In this document: piece after piece, positions 1-12,044 of the stretch | Position numbering within the stretch: the stretch's first letter is position 1 | Layout of the letters: every line of letters begins with the position of its first letter | NCBI RefSeq assembly: GCF_018977255.1 | Contig: NW_024704743.1 | Span: forward strand, 12,154,001 to 12,218,000 | Direction: 5' to 3' | DNA from: Callorhinchus milii | Lineage: Eukaryota | Length of the DNA: 64,000 bases | Translations under genes and position numbers: made by a program | The notes under the pieces: generated by a model | Told to the model about the DNA's origin: nothing | Seen by the model: the letters and a program-made list of their open reading frames with translations, nothing else | Database searches by the model: none

Positions 1-1307
1 GCTGCATTGTGGAAATGAGGTCCTTTGGCTAAGATGGCACTACTCGAAGAAAGGACATTCTCCCAGCGTTCTGGCCAACAATCCCTCAGATAAAATTAGT
101 CACTCGCATCATGTTGATTTGTAGGACACTGCTGTATGCAAATTAGCTGCCATATTTGGCTGCAAAATACAGTCACAAGACTTTACGGTAAACCCTATGA
201 AGTGCTTTGAGTCATCCTCCTGTCATGAAAGATGTTATGCTAAATGTAAGGATTATTAGTATTATATTCATGTTGCATAGAAACTGTAGTTAACTTGATC
301 TCGTATCTGTTCAATTTTTTTTGGCAAAACAACAACAACTTGCATTTATATAGCACACCTCACACAGGGTAGTGTTCCAGAGCACTTGACAGTGACAAAA
401 CAAAATCAAATCTGAAGTTAACACTGAGCTAGATTTAGAAAACCCTTAAGAAAAGGGTTAGTAAACTTAAATACTTACAACACTTAACCTACCTTAATCT
501 CACTGAGTCATTCAGCACATCTGCTAATTTGGTTCTACATTCCCAATACCTTCCTTACCTCTCCCATCTCCTCCTAATCCCACTCTTCTGCTCGACCCCT
601 CTGTTCGGCTAACTTGAGCTTCTTGCATAGCCCCTCTCTACCTGGACCATCTTCGATGACTGACCTTTCCAGTTCTCCACCCCTAATCATGGAGTCCTGT
701 AGCATAGTATTAGCACACTCGCCTTGCAAGCGAGAGGACCCGAGTTCAATACCCAGGTGGGGCGAAACCTTTGGCAACTTTCCTTACTCCAATTGCTTAC
801 TGGACTACTACGACTGTTTGTGGGACATTGTGTAATTGGCTGCTGGGTTTCGCCCACAAAATGTACAGTCAATTCACTTTACAGTATATTCTATAAAATG
901 CAAGTATTATAATCTCTGCAACTCCTTCCCATGACCCTGCTGTCATCCCCTTCTCTATCTGTCTTCAAGTCCTGCCTTAAAAGCTTCCTCGTTGGCTGTG
1001 CCTATGGCCAGCTTTCCCTTCCCCTTGTTCAGCGTCCAACCCCACCTCTGTAAAGTGCTCGGATGTTATTCTACATCAAGGGCGCTGTATAAAGGCAAGC
1101 TGTTGTTGTAATGACCATCTTTAGTGCTTGCAATCTCTATCCCCCATCTGGAGGATACATTGGGGGAGAGAAAATCCCTTCTCTTTTTGAATAGCACTTT
1201 GGGATCTTTAACATTCTCCATAGAATAGGAGAAGTTGAATGTCTCATTGGAAGGACAGACTTTTTCACAGAGAACACAATGACGAGACTATGTTTGTTCT
1301 GTTTCAG

Positions 1308-1400
1308 TTGTCCTATGACTACAAATTTGATTTCGAAGACGACCAGCACAAGATCCCATGTCACTGTGGAGCTGTGAACTGCCGTAAATGGATGAACTAA
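1308..1400 (+). CDS. KMT2C: KMT2C (MLL3) terminal coding exon, end of SET and post-SET domain
   Basis: Acceptor tgtttgttctgtttcag, then LSYDYKFDFEDDQHKIPCHCGAVNCRKWMN-TAA. This matches the known KMT2C C-terminus with the post-SET CxCxxxxC motif. Adjacency to GALNT11 favours KMT2C over KMT2D. Too short to appear in the ORF track. Confidence 0.95.
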   Translation: MSYDYKFDFEDDQHKIPCHCGAVNCRKWMN

Positions 1401-1623
1401 AGCCATCACCTTTGGGGTTGATTGTCCTGGGGGAGAGATGCTTTTTCATTTTAAAAAAACGAAAGCCTGTAAACTCGCAGGTGAAATCTCTTCGCCCCCA
1501 GTGGCAGTAGCAGAGCTCTGTAAACGAGCTTCAACTGAAGCCGGGGAAATCATCACAGGTCACTGGGCCTCCCATTCATGGGTTTGTTTGTTCATAATGC
1601 AGGTGGCAGCGGATTACTGATAC

Positions 1624-1961
1624 CAGGGGGTCCATCCTTTTAGCTGCTGAGGTCTGGATGCCGGATTTGAGAAACGTTCGCGGGCCACATAAGCAATATT
1701 TTATCCTGATTGGCCAGGCCCGTTGTTGGGCAGAGCCTGAGCGCCCGGCGACTGTCTCTTGATTGGCCAGTCCCGTTGTCGGGCAAAGCCTGAGCACCCG
1801 GTGACTGTCTCTTGATTGGCCAGTCCCGTTGTCGGGCAGAGCCTGAGCACCCGGTGATTGTCTCTTGATTGTCAGACAATGAGTTGGAAATGGTTTGAGG
1901 GCTGGATGAAATCATCCCTTGGGCCGGATAAGGCCCGCGGGCCTGCAGTTGGACCACCCTG
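1624..1961 (+). mobile_element. Non-autonomous hAT-like DNA transposon (MITE) in the KMT2C 3'UTR
   Basis: Ends cagggggtcca...ttggaccaccctg form a hAT-type TIR, with subterminal gggccgga/ggcccgcgggcc motifs. Degenerate 8-bp flanks actgatac/acttacat. A second copy lies at about 28950-29170. Confidence 0.75.
1708..1866 (+). repeat. 53-bp minisatellite, 3 copies
   Basis: Unit gattggccagtcccgttgtcgggcagagcctgagcacccggtgactgtctctt starts at 1708, 1761 and 1814. Confidence 0.95.
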
Positions 1962-3569
1962 ACTTACATATAAATATATATGGTCTAGCACTGGAGTTGC
2001 TGTCCTATATTGATGAGCGAGAAATGTTCTTTTTTAAAAACTAGGAAGAAGGAAAACAATATATAAAAAACAATGGCTGACCTGCGTCCCAAGTAGGGCA
2101 GACACTTAATGAATGTAGGACTGAAATCGCCAGCTAGGGGGAAAGATCGACAGTGCTGGTCACAGCCTTACTTGTAAGGGGCAGGCCCTCTGGCACGTTT
2201 AAAAGTTAAAATAAGTAGACACCACTGAACAAGGAATGTACTGAGATGACTTCCTTAGATATACAGCTAAGGGAATAACTTGCACTAAAAAAAAATTAAA
2301 ATACTTGATTCCGTGAGTCAGTTTATTGTAGGTTTTTTTTGATTTCTGTATAATAAAAGAAGACACATTTTTGTATTTATTGGATAAGTGAATGAAGCTA
2401 TTTTTAAAAAGTAGACGAAGAAAATAAACAAAAGCCAAGCTGCTCCCGTTACCCACAGATGTTAGAAATTTTTTAAAAAACAGCTGTTACTTTGTAAATA
2501 AGTGTAAATAATTGAGAGGGAGAAAATGCTGTGTGTACGTGCGTGTGTGTGCACGCGCACATGTTTAAACAAAAAAAATACAATGACCAAATGCTACCTG
2601 AAGCTGTTCCAGAGCTTTTTAAGAGAAGATCATTGAGTCGAGTTACATGATGCATAATTTCTACCAACTGTGAATTGGGTTGAAAACCACCGGTAGTAAT
2701 AATGGGAGCCTATCTCCAGAATACAGTCGGGGGAATACAAGCTTACATAGCAAGAATCGTGTACTGGGTATGGATGGGTTGGAATGGGAAGGGGAAAGAG
2801 AGTGGTCAATGTAGTCTGTCGAGATAGTTTTTATTTTTGAAGACTGATTTACAAAATGTAATTAGGCTAACACTGCAGGAAATACTTTTGTTTTGTTTTC
2901 GGCAATATTGGAGGGGTGGGTAGGGTGGGGTTTGGAATCGATGTAGGCACACACATGTACACAGCGAGGGTATGGTTGGTGGAGAGTAATAATTTGGATT
3001 TTTTTGTTTGTTTACATTTCTTTTAAAAGATTAGATTTTTAATTAAAAAAAACTTTTTTTTCGCACCGCCTGAATTACGAAACGTACGTCTGCAATTTTC
3101 GAACCTTTTTACTTTGTACTTGTCTGGAAGAAAAGAGAGATAAAGCAAAAATAAAATTAACTGGTACTGACCTATTCACACACAAAGGGTTGCGATCAAG
3201 AATGAATTTTCAGTCAACTAAACAAAATGTTGCTATATCCAATGAAACAGTAATGTATATGGCACGTCGCATTTTTTTGTACTTTACAGGGAGAGATTGA
3301 TTGTATATAGTTCTTGATAAATAGTTGTATGAAATTATTTCCTGGATTTTTTTTCTTGTATAATATTCCAAAATCCTTGCCAGTATTTGTCCTACAGGGT
3401 TTTTTGTTCTCCTCTGTCCTGTACAATAGTATCTAATCTTTTTTTTGGAGAGTTTGAGGGGGGGTGGGGGTGGGGGAAATTAGGCTTTTTTTTTGAAGTA
3501 TGGGAAAAAGGAGTGTTATTGTTTTTTTTTTGGAGTTTGTGCACTCAGATTAGGAAGTCGGCATTTACA

Positions 3570-3575
3570 AATAAA
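3570..3575 (+). promoter_or_regulatory. Probable KMT2C polyadenylation signal
   Basis: AATAAA followed about 15 nt later by ggttctttattgttctt. Alternative AATAAA hexamers lie at 2352, 2423 and about 3149. Confidence 0.7.
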
Positions 3576-4879
3576 ATATTTTACAACTATGGTTCTTTAT
3601 TGTTCTTAGACACCTGCCGACGGCAGTTCATTCATTGTCAATGCTTTGAGATGTTCTGCCTACGTGAAAAGGCTCTGTTAAGTCCAATCTGTCAGCCTGG
3701 CTTAATCAGCAGCACACTCGCCTCTGTGTCAGAAGGTTGTGGGTTCAGCGCTCCGGGATGCTAGCCTGCGTGAAAAGCGCTATATAATTGCAAATGTTGT
3801 TCAAGTCCCACGTTGGGGATTGTAACTCATTTCACCCACAAAATACACGAGTCAATCCACTTTACAATATATTCTGTGAAGCGCTTTGAGATGTCTCAAC
3901 CTTGTGATAAGATTCTATATCAAATGCAAGGGCTATTTTTTAGTCTAAGGTGACACTCTAATGCAATGCTGGCGATTGTGTGTTGTATTATCGGAGGTGC
4001 CGTCATTCAGGTGAGATGTTAAACTGAGGGCCCTTTTGAAATGGACCTTAAAGATCCTGTGGCACTACTCGAAAAGAGAAGCCAGTTTCTTACAGTGTCC
4101 TGGCCGAGAATCCCACCGAAATAAAATTTGGTCCCTCAATTCATCACTGTTTGTGGTACATTACTGTGCAGAAATTGGCTGCTGGATTCAATTACAAATA
4201 CACAGTCGCTACACAGTAAAATCATGTGAAGCGCTTTGAGGCGTCCTCCTGACATGTAAGGCACCAAATGCAAGGACTGCTAGAGGATTATGATTGTTGT
4301 TGCTGTTATCTGCTCTTACATCTCCCCCAATTCCAGGATCATTGCAGTTCTAACCGTTGGCCTGTTTGTTGTCATCAAGTCCTTTGGGTGAGTTCTACCT
4401 TTGCAGCTCAACGTCAACGAGACTGAGGCTTTCCTGCTATGCCTCCCATCAGCCCCTTCTCACCTCATTGAGCTGCCAGGATGCACACTCAACCTCACGG
4501 AGCCCCTTGATCCTATCTCCCAATGTTCAAACCACTCATATTAAGTTGTGTGAAGTTCCTTTCCCACCAACACCACCCCCCTCCTCCCACCCCACCCCCA
4601 ACCCTGAAATGCGGCACCTTACAAAAGTTTATTGACTTCTTATTTTTTAATCTTTGGATGGAAAATTGTCCATCTCTAACTTAAGTTTTAGGAAATTGGG
4701 CTCGTCTCTCGTTGGAAGAACTTTAAAAAGGTGATTTTAGACACATGCAGTAGAGCAACTATGTGCATGGAGTGTGGGGGCTTGTGGTTTGTATGTGAGT
4801 GCATGGCTATTCGGGAAATAGGAAAGTTCCCGTGTGCCCCCAGGGAATGCGTCATAAGTACCCCCATGATTGGTGAGGG

Positions 4880-5780
4880 GGCGAGGTAGAAAGCCTCTGG
4901 AATGGAGTTCCAGAGGGTGGGGGCAGAAAGGCTGAAGGCCTGACCGCCAACAGTGAGGCTGGCAGGATGGGGGATATGGAGAAGGCGGAACAGACAGGTT
5001 GGTAATGTTTTAGCAGATCACAGAGGTAGGGAGAAGCAAGACCGTGAAGGGCTTCAAAGTAAGGTCAAGGATCTTGAACTCGATCCTCTGGGGATGGGGA
5101 TATAACTATCCTGTTACACGGCTCTTCTGTGTTTATGTGCGTGTGTTTGTATAATCACTCACTGCAGAGGCTGAATTAATAGAATCATTCAAAAAAGAAC
5201 CATATAAACACCCGAGCAATGAAGCTCTCAATAATAATAATTTGCATTTGATATAGCACATTACAATGTTGTTGAGATGTCTCAAAAGTGCTTCACAGAT
5301 TATATTGTGAAGTGAATCGACTATATTTTGTGAGCAAAACTTGGAATACAAGGAAGGAATACGATGATACAATTTACATTTATACAGCATCTTTCACGGC
5401 GAGAGACCATCTCAAAGTGCTTCACACAGTGTTCGCTCGGCACCTGAAGAATGGGGGTCGGGGGTGCTAGGGGCTGGAGAAAGGTGAAGAGGATTGGTGG
5501 GGGGTGGAGGAATAAAACGACTGAAAACTGTCAAAGGGGAAAATCTTGGGGTGGGCTTTAAAAGTGTTGGGGTGGGGGGCGGGGTGCTCCGGTGCACTTA
5601 GGAGAGATTCCAGAATGGAGTTCCATTGAGTGGGGGCAGAGGGGAGGAAATCTCACTGACTGATGGTATCGAGGATAGGACGGGGGACAGGAAGCAGGCC
5701 GCTGTTCCAAGAGCAGCTGTAGTCGTAGGGTTCTAGGACATCGCAGGGGTAGGATAGGGCGAGGCTGTGGAAGGGTTTGA
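4880..5780 (-). mobile_element. Decayed L2 3' fragments with SINE tails
   Basis: gatcttgaactcgatcctctggggatgggga and ggagttccagagggtgggggc are shared with other L2 copies. Similar short L2 ends lie at 913-1110, 36830-36995, 50986-51193, 51740-52110 and 55915-56185. Confidence 0.75.
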
Positions 5781-6738
5781 ATGGGGAATGGTGGAAAGTA
5801 GGATTAATAGTAAAGGGATAAGATGTTAAACTGAGGTCCCATCTGCCTGTTCAGGTGGATGTTAAAGATCCCATGGCACCATTCCCAAAGAGAAGGGAGT
5901 TTATCCCGGTGTACTGGCCAACAATTCCCCAAATAAAATTGGTCACTCACTCCATGGCTGTATCTGGGATATTGTTGTCGTTCACTTTACAGTATATTCT
6001 GTGAAGGGCTTTGAGACATCTTGACGACGTGAAAGGAGCTATGTCAAATGCAAGGCTCATTACTATTAATACAGTGACTGATTAATATAGGGGGCAAACA
6101 CCCCCTCACCCCACCCCACCCCCACCCCCCCATAAAATTGGTCATCCTCTTGCAGGGTGTTGCTGTGTGTAAACTGGTTGTGATAATGCCAACAAAACAC
6201 ATAGTCACTGCACTTTACAGTAAATATCCTGAGAGCCAGTTTGAGACATCCTCCCAACGTGAAAGGTGCTATACCAAATGTAAGGATTAGTTACTAAATT
6301 ATTATTACCCCAAAGAGGTGCCTGGAGCAGAAGTGAGGCACATATCAGTGTGAAGAACTATTAAGCGCTCTGAGTCACTGGCCAGGGTGAAAGGCATTAT
6401 ATAAATGCAAGTTGTTGATGATGTCTTTGGATTCGTTACTCACGGATGAGGGTGGAAACATACAAGTTCGGAATTACTTTCTGTGTAATAGGTTATAGAA
6501 GAAAGCTATTCGCCAAGGTCCTGCCACAAAGTAAAAAGATGATCCATTCATCGGCTTCTTTCTACCAATTTCTTTCCTGCTTTTAGTTCCTTCCCCCACA
6601 CCACCACGGTCCAGGAGAGCTGTTTTTTTCTGGGGCTGCTTTTGTATTCAATCCAGACAAGCAAAAATCCCCATCGAGTCTCAACAACATCTCTTGTTAA
6701 TGTAGCGACCTTCACATGGGATTAACATCTCACTGCAC

Positions 6739-8870
6739 AAACAACAACAACTTGTATTTATATGGAGCCCTTCAGACGGGATAGAGTCACGGAGCGATTC
6801 ACAGCGGTGGAGTCTGACAATGATCCAGGGGGAGAGGTGACCGTAAGCACGAGCAAAAAGGAAGGTCTTTAGGTGGGATTTGAAGGTAGGGAGGGATGGG
6901 GCAAGGAGGAGGGATTGAGGGTGAGAATTCCAGAGTTTCGAGGCACATTGGCTGAAGACACGGCCACTGATAGTGGAACAGAGGGCATGTGGGATAACAA
7001 ATCGGATAGATAGGGAGAAGTGAGGGGATTAAGTGATTTGAAAATGAATGAGAGAATCTTGAAATCGATCGGTTCAGTAATTGGGAGCCAGTGGAACTTG
7101 TCAAGAACTGGTGTGATGGGGGTCTGGAGTTTTGTGCGGGTGAGTATCCAGGTGGAGGAGTTTTTAATTAATAGAATTTTTCGATGAGGTAACGGAGAGG
7201 GTTGATAAAGGTAGTGCAGTTGATGTAGTTTATATGGACTTTCAAAGGGCATTTAACAAAGTGTCACATGAAAGACTTGTAAGAAAGATAGAAGCCCATG
7301 GTATAAAAGGACAGTGCTTCTTTATATATATATATATGATCTGGACTTGGGTATAGCAAGTACCATTTCCAAGTTTGCGGACGACACAAAGTTAGGTAGG
7401 GTGGTAAACAGTGAGAAGGATAGCAGCCAACTGCAGGAAAACATAGACAAAATGGTCAAATGGGCAGACACATGGCAGATGAATTTCAATGTGGAGAAAT
7501 GTGAGGTAATGCATTTTGGTAGAAAGAATGAGGGGAGGCAATATAGGCTGGTAATACAATCTTAAGGGGGGTGAAAGAACAGAGAGACCTGGAGGTTCAG
7601 GTAAATGAATCCTTGAAGGTGGCAGGACAGGTAGATAAAGCTGTAAAAAGGGCATATGGGATACTAGGCTTTATAAATAGGGGCATAGAATACAAGAGTC
7701 AGGAGGTTATGATTAACCCGTATAAAACACTGGTTAGGCCTCAGTTAGAATACTGCGTCCAGTTCTGGGCACTACACTATAGGAAGGCATTGGAAAGGAT
7801 GCAGAGGAGATTTACGAGGATGGTACCAGGAATGAGGGACCTTGATTATGAGGAAAGGCACGAGAGGCTGGGATTATTCTCATTGGAGCAGAGAAGGTTA
7901 CGAGGAGACCAAATGGAGGACTTCAAAATCATGAGCAGATTTGATAGGTTAGAAAGGGAAAAACTGTTTCCACTGGTGGGTGTATCGGTGACTCGAGGTC
8001 ACAGATTTAAAATAGTATCTAAAAGAAGCAGAGGGGAGGTGAGAAGAAATTTTTTCACACAGCGAGTTGTTCGAATCTGGAACACATTGCCTGAAAGGGT
8101 GGTCGAGGCCGATTCGATAACAACTTTTAAAAACGCGGTGGACAAGTATTTGAGGTGGACAGGTTTGCAGAGTTATAGGGAAAGGGCTGGGGAGTGTGAT
8201 TTACATTTCATTGCTCTTTTCAAAGAGCCGGCACAGACTCGATGGGCCGAATGGCCTCTTTTTGTGCTGTACGATTCTATGATTCTATGATTCTAATTGT
8301 ATTTCATGTAAGGTGGAGCTGGGGAGACCAGTGAGAAGTGACAAAGGCGTGGACGAGGGTTTCAGCTGCATCGGTTGTGAGGTACAGTTATGAGGCGGGC
8401 AATGTAATGGAGGTGGAACAAAGCGGTCCTGGTCACAGAACAGATGTGTGGTAGAAAGGAAAGCTGGGAATTGAGCCTGACTCCTAAGTTCCACATGGGT
8501 TTGGAGAGACTGAGGGAGACCCACAGGAGAGCAGGTGTTGACGGGAGCCAAAGAATCCATGTTGCCGACATTCAGCCGCAGGAAATTTGCCCTCATCCAG
8601 GATGTCCTCCAGACCTAAAAGGCGCTATACAGATGTAATTTTGTTGTTGTTGTTGTTGATGTCCATCAAAGAAGTTGGCAGGACATCAATGGACTCGGAG
8701 TCGCTGCCAGAGGACGAGAAGTAGATTTGGGTGTCCTCCGCATACGTGTGAAAGTTGACCCCATGTCTGCGGATGACATTGCCTCGAGGGAGCATGTAGA
8801 TGAGGAAAAGAATGGGGCCAAGAATGGAGCCTTCGGGTACCCTGCAGGTGACCAGGCGGGGGCGAGAGGA
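6739..8870 (-). mobile_element. L2 LINE interrupted by CR1 (L2 segments 6739-7169 and 8296-8870)
   Basis: (TTG)n tail at 6739; ITPVLDKFHWLPI...DFKIL before the CR1; NFLRLNV and [12 protein letters not shown] sequence after it. Confidence 0.85.
7170..8295 (+). mobile_element. CR1 LINE, 5'-truncated, nested in an L2
   Basis: RT fragments (DFQRAFNKVSH, SKFADDTKL), C-terminal ORF 7571-8290 (YKTLVRPQLEYC, TRGHRFK, FFTQRVV) and a (GATTCTAT)n tail. Confidence 0.93.
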
Positions 8871-10261
8871 AAAAACAATAAGTTTGGATGAGGTTGGATG
8901 CTGAGTGAGGGGGATGTGAAGTCGGATTATTATTCAATAATAATAATCTTTCGTTTGGCACAGCACCTTTCATATTGCACTGTTCAAAACACTTCACAGC
9001 ATATGTTGTGTGGGTGAATTTTGCGATGTACGACAAACAACCATGACCAATTTTTATTTGCAGTGATTGTCAGGCTCCTGGAGAGAGAAAAGAGAAATTC
9101 TCTTTTTGAATTGTGCCATGGAATCTTTGATATTAACGTGACGAGGCAGAAGAGACCTTGGTTTAGCCTCTCATCTGTGAATTTAAACACAGATGGTGGC
9201 GGGAGGGGGTAGTGCAAGTTGGAGAAGTAGAGAGGCGAGGCGTTCCAAAGCTCAGGGATGAGGTGACTGAAGGCTCTGCCAGATATAATATTCTTTGCAT
9301 TTAATACAACGTTTTATCATGTCTTTGGGACGTCTCAAAGTGCAGAATATACTGCAAAGTGAATTGACTGCATATTTTGTGGGCGAAACGCAGCAGCCAA
9401 TTGTACACACCAGTGTCCCACAGGCAGTCATGGATTAAAGTGAACAATTTTTTTTGAAGGAATTATTACCCCCGGGAAAGCGATCTGCCAATCGACTAAC
9501 AACTGGGTTTCTACTTAATGCTAGGTAAACAGAGGTGTGTGGAGTAAGGAAACTTGCCAAACCTTTTGCCCTGCCGGGAATCAAACCCAGGTCTCTCACT
9601 TGTGAGGCGAGTGCTCTAACCAATACTCTACAAGACTTTACAGATGAGTGCTGAAGGAACTTTAAGAGTCTGAAACACAAACTGGCTGCTGCCCACCAAC
9701 AACGACAACTGATATTTGTATAGCGCCCTTCACACGGGTCTTGAAGCGTCTTGGAATACTTACAATTCAAGAGTGGAGTCTGCAGGAACAGAAATGAGGA
9801 TGTGCCCATAAGCCTGTTAATGTTTTTCTCCACATCTCTCCCGTTCGCTTACTCCCACCTCCTCCCCATACCCCATTGAAGTCCTCTTTTCTGAGCATCT
9901 GTCTTAATTCTCTTTCAAAAAAGAAAGATTCTCTTTCAATTCTCTCTTCAAAAAGAGAAGACAGTTTCTCCTGGTGTTCTGGCCAACAATGCCCCCAAAT
10001 GAAAAAAATTGGTCATTCACTCCATGACTGTTTGTGGGACTTTGATGTGTGCAAACTCACTGCTGCGTTCAGCCACAAATACACAGTGTGTCCTGTGAAA
10101 CACTTTGAGACATCTTGAGGATGTTATAAGAGACTATTTCAAATACCAGGATTAGTATTATATGCCAACACTCTGTGTAGACATTTTTTCTAAATCTTTC
10201 ATTGAAGTCCTTTGTGATTTTTTTTAAACTTGTGCCCTTGTTATACTGTCTTGTCACCCCC

Positions 10262-10372
10262 ACCTCGTTACTGTCTCGTTACCATTTAGTTACTGTCTCA
10301 TTACCATCTCGTTACTGTCTTGCTTGTTACTGACTGGTTTCTGTCTTGTTGCTGTCTCACTTGTCACCATCT
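10262..10372 (+). repeat. Degenerate 11-bp tandem repeat
   Basis: Alternating ctcgttactgt / ctcgttaccat units that decay rightwards. Confidence 0.75.
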
Positions 10373-11322
10373 CATTGATCAGATAAATAATCCATCCCTA
10401 TTCAACAATGTAATGTTTCTGTCCTGTAGCGATCTATGAAATTCTATGTAATGAACTACAAGAGGTAAGTAAGGTGGTCGGAGCAGAGTCCGTTGAGTCC
10501 CTTTGAGTCATCATCCTGACATGAAAGGTTCTGTGCATGGTAAACTCTTGTTATATCTTCACTCCAAGGGAAAAGAGCTCAGTGACTCTATATCGGGGAT
10601 GACTGTGTAGGCCCGAGTCCTCCATGGCCACTAGGCAGCGCTGTGGATGGGAGGAGCTGCACTGATACATAACACATACTGTACTTGCGCAGAGCGAGCA
10701 GTGGCCTGGATATTGCCGCATGATGACATAAGTCATGTGATCGTGGTCTTATTATCAGGAGTTCACTGTAATTGTAAATTGTATTGTGGGTTTCAAGACG
10801 GTGTTAGACAGTTATATGGAAGATAAAGGCTTGAATGGGTGTGGGGATAGGGCAAGGCAGGGCAGAGCAGTGAGACTGAATGGCCAGCTTCCTATGAGAA
10901 CTGGTGTAGACTCAATGGATCAAATAGCCTCCCCCTGTGCTGTAAATGTCTCTAATTCTAATACTATTTTCCTTATTCTAACCCGTTATCATTTTAGAAC
11001 CATAAAAATGTACTTGACGACCTCTATCAAATTGTGAAGACCTCTATCAGACCTTTTCCTTAACCTTAACCTTCTAGACCTCCAGTGATGAAAAGCCCTA
11101 TCTTCTCAATTCTTTCCTTATATCTGACTTTCCTGATAACATCCTGGTGAATGTGCTCCATTATGTTGACATTCTCTTGTAATGAAACCATAAATCTGTA
11201 CATGATGAGCAAGCTCCAAAGGGACATGCTTGGCAACAGAATTGGATGTAGCAGGGTTGGAAAGAGTACAGCACAGGTTTATGAGAATGATACCAGGTCT
11301 GGCAGGTTACCAGGTTACTTGT

Positions 11323-11644
11323 GGAGTCCTGTAGCTCAGTGGTTAGAGTACTCGCTTTGCAAGTGAGAGACCGGAGTTCAATTCCAGGCAGAGGGCGAAA
11401 CCTTGGGCAAGTTTCCTTACTTCACACAGAGCCTAATAATAATCCCTCCAAAACCAAAAACAATAATAGATTGGTCATTTTCAATCTACAACTGTTTGTG
11501 GGACATTGCTGTGCGCAATTGGCTGCCGCATTCGCCCACAAATATACAGTCAATTCACTTTACAGTGTGTTCTGTGAAGCGCTTTGGGACGTCCTCCTGA
11601 CGTGAAAAGCGCTATATCAAATGCAAGGATTATTATTATTATTA
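11323..11644 (+). mobile_element. tRNA-derived SINE, short form (representative copy)
   Basis: Head ggagtcctgtagctcagtggttagag...ttgcaag...gttcaattcc (A and B boxes, tRNA-Ala-like), Deu-like gctgtgcgcaattggctgccgc, L2-like tail and (TTA)n. Short-form copies also at 24445-24810(+), 39552-39859(-), 40550-40771(-) and 56199-56482(+). Confidence 0.9.
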
Positions 11645-12044
11645 CTGCTATTAGAATAGATTGGATAGGTTAGTCCTTTTTTCACTATAATAATAATCCT
11701 TGCATTTGATATAGCGCCTTATCACATCTTCAAGACATCTCAAAGCACTTCACAGAATATACTGCAAGGTGAATTTATTATATTTTGTGAGCGAAACGCG
11801 ACAGCCAATTGCACACAGCAGTGTCCCACAAATAGTCGTGGATTGAGTGATCAAATTATTTATTTATTTTGAAGGGATTATTATCGCTGGAAAGCATTCT
11901 GCCAATCGACTAACAACCCGGTTTCTATGCAGCTGCTAGGTAAACAGAGGCTTAGTGATAAAGAAACGTGCCAAAGTTTTCGCCCTGAATGGGAATCAAA
12001 CATGGGTCCTTTCCCTTGTGAGATGAGCGCTCTAACAGCTATCA

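Larger units (their letters stand above)
1401..3590 (+). other. KMT2C: KMT2C 3'UTR
   Basis: About 2.2 kb of largely repeat-free A/T-tract-rich sequence after the stop codon, ending at an AATAAA followed by a GU/U-rich element. Dense repeats resume soon after. Confidence 0.75.

Noticed and set aside
1708..1866. CRISPR-like array
   Set aside because: Contiguous tandem units with no unique spacers, in eukaryotic DNA with no cas genes.
7571..8290. 239-aa ORF as a host gene
   Set aside because: It is the C-terminus of CR1 ORF2 running into the GATTCTAT tail.
11323..11395. tRNA-Ala-like gene (and similar heads elsewhere)
   Set aside because: A and B boxes are present but the sequence continues into a SINE body and tail in many diverged copies.
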